From contig NMRA01000214.1 of the NCBI GenBank assembly GCA_002633005.1, positions 518,414 to 582,413 on the forward strand: DNA of 64,000 nt. Reading direction: 5' to 3'. The DNA comes from Phoronis australis (Eukaryota; Animalia; Phoronida). The position numbers and the translations under genes are program-made. Of the stretch, positions 1-9,967 are shown piece by piece; the stretch's first letter is position 1, and each line of letters begins with the position of its first letter. Below the pieces are notes generated by a model. The model saw nothing but the letters and a program-made list of their open reading frames with translations, was not told the origin of the DNA and did not search any database.

Positions 1-1114
1 ACGCACTGCAACCCAACTGATAATGAATGGACTTTACTGGTGGACGAAAACTTGTACGTGTGCTTCCCAACAATACTGATCACTATGTACGGTATGGTGA
101 CGACAGGGCACTTTTAGTTGATAAACATTGTTTTATCTGCAATTCATTACCTGTTGACTTACTGTACATTTCCTTCTTCCCGGAAAAAAGGTCACTGGAA
201 GCCTAGCTTTTGACTCCCCAACAAAAATATCGAGAACATTTATCAGGCATTCTCAGTTCCGTGACTTCGATGGCTATATAGCACAAGTACGTCTCCACTT
301 CACTGACTTCATATCCAGCGGGTATTTCGACAGATTTGTTTAGATTTTAGATGCACCAAATGTATAGTACAATTCGATAAAAAGAACATTTCAAAAATGC
401 AATCGTAAACTTTTTGTTCCTCACGTTTTTGAAAACACGGAGTGACAGATATATAAACTAAACAAAGGTCTGTTGTAGTATGGCCACGATCTGTTAGGAA
501 ACATTCGATTTTCAAAAAGAAACCTGTGGAGTACGTCTTAATTTCTGAGCACGCGCATGTGTAGAGTACCTCGGGTTGCCAATAAAAGGAACCCGCGCTA
601 TCCTGGTACTTACATGCCTCTTGCAACCTAACACCGACCTTATACAATTGTTTAATCCAGACCAGATTCGGCGTCATTATACCATTTCTCGTCCTGTGCC
701 CGACAAATTACACCGAAGTGTGCTCCAAGTGTTGTTTTAGTTTAAAAACTGGAAGTATGCCGTCTCGAGTCTTATTCGATTACCTTCACAGTTTGTGCAC
801 GCTAATGAATGCTCGAATTTTATCCGTTCCAGAGCTCAAGTTGACCCATCGGGAAACCGTATCGTCTGCTACTGACACACAGACGACTACCGTCTGCTAC
901 AGACACACATCAGACGACCCGTTGTGCTTTACGTCAGTTGTCGGATACAGGTGTTCTTCGTGTTTGTTTAAGAATTTAATATTCTCAAAATACACAGTCT
1001 CCCTGCCAATTTATGAAGATCTAGGCATGTAATCACGACGATTAAACAGACAAGGGTTATCGTCAATAGAAGTGAAATTGCACAGTTTGTCTAATATTTT
1101 ACTTAATGTGAATC

Positions 1115-1243
1115 TTATGTCAGCGCTAAATGAATGAAACTGAATCTGTCCTGTCGGGCATAGGTATTTTCAAAATGTGCGTTTGGACCGCTGGTCTCAT
1201 ACAGGATAAAGGAATTGGTAATTGCAGCCTTTGTTGTCAAGCT
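1115..1243 (-). CDS. Secreted-protein gene putative exon 3 (terminal)
   Basis: Acceptor attttacag at 1244, in frame to TAA at 1115; ATTAAA on the minus strand at 975-980. Confidence 0.5.
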   Translation of the reverse strand, partial: SLTTKAAITNSFILYETSGPNAHFENTYARQDRFSFIHLALT

Positions 1244-3057
1244 CTGTAAAATGCTTGTAGTCATCCTCAGTCTACACCCTTGGTGCAAGACAACACACGC
1301 CAACTATCTTTAACTACTCCTACGAAGGACCAATATTAGTTGAACCTGGAACGTTTTAAGATTCCGAAACTAGTGTTGGGCCGCTCGGGTTAATAAAATC
1401 ATGTTTTTGGAATTACATTTTCGCGATGTGCGTGCCCTTTTTTGTTTTGCGATTTTTCAAAGATTCTTCTGTTGTACTCTGAGCTGTGCTGTTTCTTCAA
1501 TTTTGTTGTCCAGAATACTGCGACAGTCCCCTAGCAACTCATTCAAAATATTCTTTAACTTACCACACACTGGAAGGTGTAGATGAAAATATATCGCACA
1601 GCCATGACTCGCTTGGGGTCACAACAGCGCATTGAAGGGCAGTCGACGGCGGCGAAGTTCTCCTTCCAAACGCCCGTGTTCCAAATGCGACCATGGGTTC
1701 GGATGAAGCCGGCGTTGTAGGTGTCACAACAGTCTTTGTCCGCGTAACGCCTTGTTCGCTTGAAGTGTTCCTGGTGAGAAGTCGCAAGATGCATTGTTTA
1801 TTAAGTTTATTTGTCGTTTGATTGATGGTGTGAACAACCGAAAATTATCAAGTCGAGTTTTTGATGTTGCAAAGCGCTAGGTAAAGAAAACGGCCGGTAA
1901 GTTAACAAGCCAGTAGGAAACTAGTCTAAGGTATTTCGCATACGACTGATGGGATTTCAGTTAAAGTCCAAGTTTTTACCCGAGTTTTGATGACGCAAAC
2001 AACAAGTTGGAACAAGGTGTTCCAGAAGCAATATTCACACCCGGTTTTAAAAGTGAAGTGTAAAATAAACGACACGTTAGACTAACACGTTACGTCGTTC
2101 TTATCAATTCTCAAAATACATACATGAAATTGCGAACTATGTGTCTTTACATTACTTATACAATGACATAGCGATGTCACCCTGTCTGCTGAGTACGTCA
2201 CGTCCGGTCTTAGTTAAGACGGTCAGTGGCACTTTATTGTAAACGCGAAAGTGGGTTTTTCTAGAACAGCGGAAATGTTGCAACTGAGGTAAAGTTGATG
2301 ATTTTCATATTCAGAGTTAACGACCGCTACACCTGTACGATAATGAACTTTGTGCAAATAAAACTCCAGTAGTTACGACGATCTTACCAAGACCGGGTCT
2401 TACGACCTTTGCCGGGTAAAACGGGCCCCAGGGCTGGGCTAAAGGTGCAGTTTCGTAGAGGCATAAATAGAGTTCTTAAACTTTGCCAAACTTTAATTCG
2501 TCCGGTTCCGTTCGTTGCTACTGCATGTTTTTTAAGATTCTCAAAAGAAAGCTGCACTTGATCCGCGTTTTTAAAAGGCTTGATTTAGGTCACCTACAGT
2601 TATGAAACTGGTCTTAAATTGTTCCTTAGTCGAACTGAAAGTGATTTCACGTCTTCGAAAGCATTGGAATTTCGTTCTTTATTGAGACCATGCTCATCAA
2701 AGTTCAGCTTGGTCTGAAGAAACAACTTACTGTCAGTTCTGCCCGAGCCCCATCAGCAATCACTCTTAAACTGCTTAGGAAGACAAGACCAATTTTATTA
2801 CGGTAAGTGGCCTAAATCAAAACACGGGTTTATGTCGCTTTAATCTTTGTTGTTTGGACGTCATGGCTTGATACAGATTTTTTACACCTCCTTTTCGAAT
2901 TTGAGGGCACTCTGGTTAATAATCCTATGCCAAGATTCATTTTCTACCGTAAGTGACAAGTGAGTGTCCTGTTTTCACGTCCTACCTGAGGTTCGCTTGC
3001 GTACACCGTCAACAGTAGAGTTGTCCAAATGACAAACGCAAATTGCAGCAATTCCAT
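1115..3057 (-). CDS. Uncharacterised small secreted cysteine-containing precursor protein, 3 coding exons (3057-2986, 1770-1564, 1243-1115), ~135 aa
   Basis: Exon 1 starts in a Kozak context (atcATGG), encodes MELLQFAFVIWTTLLLTVYASEPQ (signal-peptide-like) and ends CAG|GTAGGA. Exon 2 has acceptor ttctcaccag|, encodes EHFKRTRRYADKDCCDTYNAGFIRTHGRIWNTGVWKENFAAVDCPSMRCCDPKRVMAVRYIFIYTFQCV and ends |GTAAGT. Exon 3 has acceptor attttacag| and encodes SLTTKAAITNSFILYETSGPNAHFENTYARQDRFSFIHLALT*. All junctions are phase 0 and open. Exon 3 is the least certain. Confidence 0.7.
1564..1770 (-). CDS. Secreted-protein gene exon 2 (furin-type site and Cys-rich core)
   Basis: 207 nt, phase 0-0, canonical AG and GTAAGT ends, GC-richer than its flanks. 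Confidence 0.75.
2578..2823. mobile_element. MITE family A (non-autonomous DNA transposon with long imperfect TIRs)
   Basis: The 5' end ttgatttaggtcacctacagttatgaaactggtctt is the inverted complement of the 3' end aagaccaattttattacggtaagtggcctaaatcaaaac. Related copies lie at ~3550-3815, 18670-19180, 24790-25040, 34950-35030 and 40440-40495. Confidence 0.65.
2986..3057 (-). CDS. Secreted-protein gene exon 1 (signal peptide)
   Basis: 72 nt from ATG at 3057; hydrophobic core FAFVIWTTLLLTVYA; donor GTAGGA at 2985. Confidence 0.72.
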
Positions 3058-3120
3058 GATGAGCAACTTGTTCGTCTATCAACTAGCCAGCTTCTAGGAT
3101 GTTCCAGTCTCCGAACGCCA

Positions 3121-3182
3121 AAGTGAAGGGCACCGGGCTTGCACGGGGTTTTCATACAGACAGGTGATTGACGTGTGGGCGG
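3121..3182 (-). promoter_or_regulatory. Putative core promoter of the secreted-protein gene
   Basis: Minus strand: TATA-like TATGAAAA (3156-3149) lies 32 nt upstream of the A of an Inr-like TCACTT (3126-3121). An E-box CAGGTG (3161-3166), CRE-like TGACGT (3169-3174) and GC box GGGCGG (3177-3182) cluster just upstream. Confidence 0.45.
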
Positions 3183-3549
3183 GCCTCGATGTCGCGTTCC
3201 TGCGTGGTGTGAAATTTGCTGCCACCACCGGTTTAAGTATCCATAGGCAACGTTAATTAAGTTAAGAAGTAAAATGTATTAAAACAAAAGCCGCCTGATT
3301 CCCATGGTCGGACTATCAAGGTATTCTTAGTGTACAAAAAAGTGATTTTCAGAGATGTTGCTCGTTTTACGATGAAGGGTTCATGTTACTAACCAAGAAT
3401 TGTTTACTCGACCTCTTGGTCACCAGGAGTCGCCTGTGTGTACCTAATGTTAGTTATGCAACAATGAATAACAAAAGTCACCAACACGGTGAAATGTAAA
3501 CAAAGATTTGTTGAAGCGGACGTAAATGCACATTCCGTCACAAAAAATC

Positions 3550-3815
3550 AAATTTTGATACTGTTATGACATTAGGTCTCAAATTGTTCCTTTGCCAAAG
3601 AAGGTATGATTTCTGGTGTTTGTAAAAACTGGTTGTCCGTTATTGCTTGAGACAAGACTCTGCAGCTTAATGAGTTGTTACGGCGTGTCAATTTATTCAC
3701 CGAGCATGGCCTCTATATGAACTGACAGGTCTTTGCAAGATCATGGTTCACTCCTCAATTTAGTAACGGATAAGTTGAAATGAATTTTATAGTGGTAAGT
3801 GGTCTAAATTAAAAA
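3550..3815. mobile_element. MITE family A copy (diverged)
   Basis: Shares gtctcaaattgttcctt...gagcatgg...gtggtaagtggtctaaattaaaa with 2578-2823. Confidence 0.55.
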
Positions 3816-4604
3816 TAAGTTTCTTCTGTGACAGCTATGTTGCCTTGGTGAAAAGCGGTATTAAGAGAACTGCATATAAGTGTATCTCCAGGCGTGAGTG
3901 ACTGTAGTCCCTACCATGAGCTCACTGTAAGGATGGGAGTCACACCTGTAAATTCTGGTAATTAATTGCCATCCGGATTCGGGCAGAGATTAAGGAAAAG
4001 AAAAAAATACGTGAGGAGTGGGGATGGGGAGGAGGGCAGCTGGGGGGTGATGACCAGAGGTGGCGTAGAACTGCCTGCGATCGGGGATGAAAACTGGCGG
4101 TGACGGCGCCCATTTGAGTTGTCGGATTCTCCAAAGTTTTCCCGTCATTGAAGATTCGACTTACTACTGAGTGGTTTCAGGTCATCCTCGGAACCCGCAG
4201 TTAATGCGTGTTATCTTGGATTTCCTTCCCTACTCCCCCGCTACCGCCACCCAAAAGTTGTTGCTCAGTATTTCATCCAAGTTTCTTGTTGGCTCATTTT
4301 AATTTAAAAAAGAAATGTCAACAGTGAAACCAGTTTCGCCAGATCATTATAATTGCTCTGCGCATGTCGTCAATTTTCGTCATCTGACCCGAATTGTAAA
4401 GGTCCTGCCTCTATGAACTTTTTGATCGCTGTATTGTTTCAGTTCATTACTTAACTTCCTGACGGCCAACACAGCATTTCCAGATCGAATTCAAAGCTGG
4501 AAGCGTCAACCCGCCGACACAGCGCATTCGATCTCAAGTGTCACTTTGGGCACCATCGCGCCACCTGTCATTCGGATTACCGTAACATCAAACTAGTGTC
4601 GAGA

Positions 4605-5490
4605 GTGCTTGAATTTAAGACCAGTCTACTGCCGGTATATATATTTTTTTTTGAAAATATTAATAGTTATTTCCTCCCCACTTAAGGCCAAACATCAAAA
4701 CTGTGAAACAGAGGAACTCCTACAAATTGGTGTCAAAATTTGTTTCTACCGTCCCTTTAAACACCACACGGATTGCAAAACATGTGATGCTAAATTAAAA
4801 GTTAAAATATCGTGAAAGTGGCCGTGATTTCCTTTTCGTCTCGTTTTCAACAGTGTGTATTATTTCCTGCCCGTGTTTTCTGAAGTCATTTTATTTAAAT
4901 CGTGGGTGTTGAATACGCACGCAATAGCAGTATTAAATGCGTGAGATGCTACTCCTGAGGCTATGATCGTTGAACATACTAGGCTAAATTATACCAGACC
5001 CGGTCAATGGCGCATGCAGTCAGTGTTTCTTAGAGTCAGTGCGAANGTGCTTGAATTTAAGACCAGTCTACTGCCGGTATATATATATATTTTTTTTGAA
5101 AATATTAATAGTTATTTCCTCCCCACTTAAGGCCAAACATAAAAACTGTGAAACAGAGGAACTCCTACAAATTGGTGTCAAAATTTGTTTCTACCGTCCC
5201 TTTAAACACCACACGGATTGCAAAACATGTGATGCTAAATTAAAAGTTAAGATATCGTGAAAGTGGCCGTGATTTCCTTTTCGTCTCGTTTTCAACAGTG
5301 TGTATTATTTCCTGCCCGTGTTTTCTGAAGTCATTTTATTTAAATCGTGGGTGTTGAATACGCACGCAATAGCAGTATTAAATGCGTGAGATGCTACTCC
5401 TGAGGCTATGATCGTTGAACATACTAGGCTAAATTATACCAGACCCGGTCAATGGCGCATGCAGTCAGTGTTTCTTAGAGTCAGTGCGAA
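4605..5490. repeat. ~440-bp near-identical tandem duplication across a single N (probable haplotype or contig-overlap artefact)
   Basis: 4605-5045 and 5047-5490 differ by only a few substitutions and a TA/poly-T length change; N at 5046. Confidence 0.85.
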
Positions 5491-5929
5491 CTAAATCTGA
5501 ATTTCAACATGGTGAGTGAGGAAGAAATTATTTGTATTACCCAAGCTATGTCGCCTCCGATGGTTAAGTCACCTAATCGTTTCGACCTGACAGTGATTCT
5601 TGCAAGTCGCCCTGAAATTTAGAAGCAATTTTGTATTGCTTACTCTTGCCTCCGTTGGTCATCACCCTCACCCTAAAAATTCCCCGTTGTCCTACAAACC
5701 ACGAATCGACGTCATCTCCCCCATTCACCAATTATATCCGGCAAATCCCTTCGCTGCCTAGCCTGCATTCAACCCGGCCTTCTCTCCATGCCTCTCCTCT
5801 TGCCATTGAAAACTGCATTTCCTCGATATTTACCTGTCAAAAATCAAAAAATAAACAAACCACCTATGCTCACGAAATCGGTATCCTAATACTGCTTACT
5901 ACGATAAGACTTGATTCTTGTTACCTTAG

Positions 5930-6315
5930 ATAAGCCCACCCGATGAAACGCCCATGAGCGTTTATTTGGTGTTACAACTTCTGGTGTCAAGTGTCAATGT
6001 GGTGGGGCGTTTATTCGGAAATTTGCTTTTAAAAGTCCACTCAGCGTCAACTTTTAGTCACAAATTCAGTTTTGTGGAGCATCTAAAAATATCATTTATG
6101 AAAAACGAAAGTGTTGGCGAACTATGCATTTGATTTTCAGTAAAAATGTCAAGCCCTATTAATCTAGGCCTACTTGTATTCAGTCCATGCTGGCATTTGC
6201 TTAGCCAGTATGACTTTCCGTTCACACGATCCCTTTTCCGAATAAACGCCCGGGCGTTTATTTGGTTTTACTAAAACGCCTGAAATTTTCCGAACACACG
6301 CTCATGGCCTTATAT
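5930..6315. mobile_element. Repeat family B (MITE-like, aataaacgccc/gggcgtttatt motifs)
   Basis: Internal palindromic aataaacgcccgggcgtttatt; an inverted copy lies at ~52145-52380 in a HAX1 intron. Confidence 0.6.
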
Positions 6316-9300
6316 ACCTAAATCCCGCTACCAACAATAACATCGAAACCATCGGCGACTCAAGAAACCGCTGTCCAAAACCAAAAATTCATGTTACGCA
6401 TTGCCTGTGATACTTGTCGGCTCATTCGGCTATAATTTAGTTAGATAATGGTGGCAATGCTTTAAATCCCAAAGCGCTTCGCTTACGATGAACTCAATAT
6501 GTTCATATCGATTCTAAAGTTAACCAGGAATGAGATAAAGATTCATCCACATAGGTATTCAATATTGCGAAAAGCTTTAAAATGTAAAAGTAAGGTCCTA
6601 GATAGCTTTAACGTATTTACTCATGAAAAATATCCACTCTATTAAATTCACCACACCAGTTAGCGAACGATCCCCACATTTGGCGAAGTGGTCAAAAAGG
6701 TTCGCTTCAGAGAAACGGAAAGTCCGAGAAAACGAGACTAAAGTCCACAGAAATTCGGTGCGAATGTACAATTCATAGGTCTGAACGTCGTACCCCGCCT
6801 ATTTAGTCCCCGTTTTTTTCAGTAAAAGGTCCACATACTGCAAAAATTCGAGCCCCCCTATATTTTAGGCTGGGTGCGCGCATGGTTAGTCACCCTTCTG
6901 TTCTGTAAGTTTCGCTTGTATGCTTCATTTTTTCTGTAACTCCGCGAGCTCCCTTCAAGGATCGACAGACGACCGAAAGACGCGAAACATTTTGTCCACT
7001 AGCCGATTTCTCCTTTTGTTCATCATCTAGTCCACGTTTTCCAGTCATTTTCGGCATTTAACAAAAACACATCAAAGAGACTATCCAGCGTAATCACATT
7101 AGCCTCATTATTAAAAATAAAGAAAACAATTGGTTGCTTTACAAAGACAATATCCTGTAATTTATTATCAATCATTCCTTTGGCACATTAGTTATACACA
7201 TAACTAGTATTACAACTACATTGAATATTGCCCCCACAGAGACTTAGCTGTAGAACAAATTCCTCCTAAAAAGCAGTAAGGACAAAAAGCCACACATAGT
7301 CTTGCGTAATAGTTAAGTATAACCTGGCCTCATCAAAGACTTATGCAGGTGCACAATACTAAACCGATATTTTGAAGTCAAAAGCAGAAAGAAATCTTCT
7401 GTCATTGTTGTAGACACCAGTCAACAGATGATGATGTTTGAATAGAGAGGTGCTTATTCTAAATTGCAATTCTTTGGATGTGGGCAATTTATAAACTGGG
7501 CTAGTATGTTTTACTCAAATTGTGTTTGAAATCAATAACTAAGCAGGAACATACACAGCAACAAACTCTAGAAGAGTTTCTGTGTGTGATTAATTATTTC
7601 CATATGCGCCATCAACAGACCTTGTTTTATGGCATTCAATCCGCCTGAATATCATTACTAGTTAGTAAATGAAATACAGAAAGATAGACTTTACAGAACT
7701 GTAGTCCTTTAAGGTAATGTAGGACCCTAGAAAAATTCCAAATTTGGAAACTTTGTAACGTAACATGTCAGAGATGGGTAATCAATTCTTACAAAAATTT
7801 AAGATACTATGCTTTATCCAATGTTCTCAAAAATGCTACTTGAAATTGTTTTTAAATGATCTCCTTTTTATGAGGGGCTATGAAAATTGGCCTGTTATTA
7901 TTTTCATGAAAACACCCAGAAAAGTGCATAAAACGAAAAGAAAATGATAATTTAGAAAAATGCAACAACATTTTCGAGATTTCATCTTGAACATTACATT
8001 TAACAAAATTTAGTGGTCCTCTTCTTGATACTGTGGTTTTGCTATCAATGTACCTTCCTTTTTGCTACGTTTTGCTAAAAAATACGTGGTCACATGAACC
8101 TATTAATGGCAGGTTAATAAAAAGACAAACATTAAATCCTATAGGTTTTCTACCGTCTGTAAAACATTTGGTTTTACTGGCTTAGATATTTGGCAGAATA
8201 CACATTCTTGTTGATAGGGTCGGACAAAACCTTATACTATCAACATTGAACACGTTGCTCCTTAGGGACTATACCTAACTTCGAAACTCAACCGGGCTGA
8301 CAGAAAATACTCAAATCAGTCTTCACTGGCACTTGTCCACCATTTGTTCAGATTTCAAAACTAAGATTATTTCAAACTGCAAAATTGCATCTTACATGTC
8401 ACCTATGAAACAAATTAGGCACTGCTACTAAGTTTGGAGGCTATAAGTTTGAATGACAAATCTCAGACATTTGTATACACGATCTTTTTTGAGATAAGTA
8501 AACCTGTCTGACAGTTTTTAAAATAAATAATAATATTCACAATGCGAATCAAATGCTTCTGTACGCCTAAACCTTACACAACAGAAAGCATTGGATGTTA
8601 AAATCAATTATGGGACAATTAGAATACACCAAACAATATAATATTAAATATTCAATATGTTATACATGTATATATCACAATATCTGCATCCTACCTCTAC
8701 CACTATAGGTCTCTGAATTACTATTTTTCCATATACAAATATAAGGCAAAAGCATTTGTTCAAATATGTTTATACTCACTACTGCGAGTTTCAAGCAAAA
8801 TAGAGCTACATGTCTACAAAGCCAAAGTAAAATTTTGCGGCAAAGTATTCTTTGAATAGCGCAGCACGACCATGATAAAATAAGACTTACGTAGTAAAAC
8901 CTAACATTGAATAAAACAGAGAGTTTAACCAACGAGTGCATAGGGGGTACTCTGGCTTAGAGTGGATACAACGATGCACCACTAAAAGGGTTGCGTTTTG
9001 TGGGAAAATGCATTTCTATCCAAATGACATTTTACTTGGGCATTCCGTTTGCCATAGAAATGCACACCAGGATGAAAATTCCCAGACTAACCAGTCTGTA
9101 CGGCTCTCTTGAAAACCCGAGTCAAGTATCCCACCTTGTCTTATACACTCTAATACCCAATAAATAACTATGTTTCAGTCTGTAAATTTTTCGCGGTTAC
9201 AGAAAAAAGCTTCAAAATTATGCTTTGTTGATTTCACATTTCTTAGTATTTTTTCGAAATAAACTACAATTTTCGTGGGATTTTATCTGGCTATCATTAC

Positions 9301-9822
9301 TAAATATCAGCCCATTTAGACCAGGATAAATGGGTGTATGGCCCAGTACTACAGACAGGATCACTTAACCACAACAACACTGCCACAAGGTACTGTCAAT
9401 TAACTGACAATGGACTAAATCACTTGATGTAATTTAATTACTCTACGAAATTTTATACCATGTTGGAAAGAAGCATGTGAAAATGGACCATGTCGCTGAG
9501 AGAGAAAGCCAGATTCAATAAGGGGAGATAATCACTTTAGGTGACCTATTTTCACCAAATTTTGACTTCGTAGTTGTGAGGTTTCAGTTGAATTGGGACA
9601 GCTTGTTACCATAAAAGTATACTATGTTTTTATATTACTTACGCTTTGTATGAAGCTGATTACATTTGCCTCCCATTGATACAACAGGCGCCATCTGCAC
9701 AACGCATACAACATCAGGCACATTTATAAAGGGAAACGCCAAGCTTCGATGTATGCATGCGACAAGATTATCGTTTACACGAGAACTAGGGGGAACTTCA
9801 GCCGATGACATGCAGACAAGTA

Positions 9823-9967
9823 TCAGTTCTTGTCAGCCAGCACTTCTCGGAGGTGTTTGTAGAAGTCGATGATGTTGGAGGGTAAAGCCAGCTCCACCAC
9901 TGTCCGGGGAAGCATACCGCCGAGTTCAGCGTTGGTCAAGTGAACGACTTTGGTCTTGTTGGGCTCT
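9823..9967 (-). CDS. STARD5: STARD5-like exon 6 (terminal coding exon)
   Basis: Acceptor ctccccttctag; EPNKTKVVHLTNAELGGMLPRTVV...DKN then TGA at 9825-9823. Confidence 0.92.

Noticed and set aside
309-677. 122-aa minus-strand ORF containing YTCAC as an alternative CxC-bearing last exon for the secreted protein
   Set aside because: There is no convincing phase-0 acceptor with a pyrimidine tract and the rest looks non-coding. The acceptor at 1244 is better, though this cannot be fully excluded without RNA data.
6892-7057. 55-aa minus-strand ORF MPKMTGKRGLDDEQKEK...
   Set aside because: Short, with no motif and no supported splice partner; likely chance.
9775-9825. STARD TGA as selenocysteine or read-through codon
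   Set aside because: The TGA falls where STARD5-family proteins normally end, the extension is short and unremarkable, and no SECIS was recognised.
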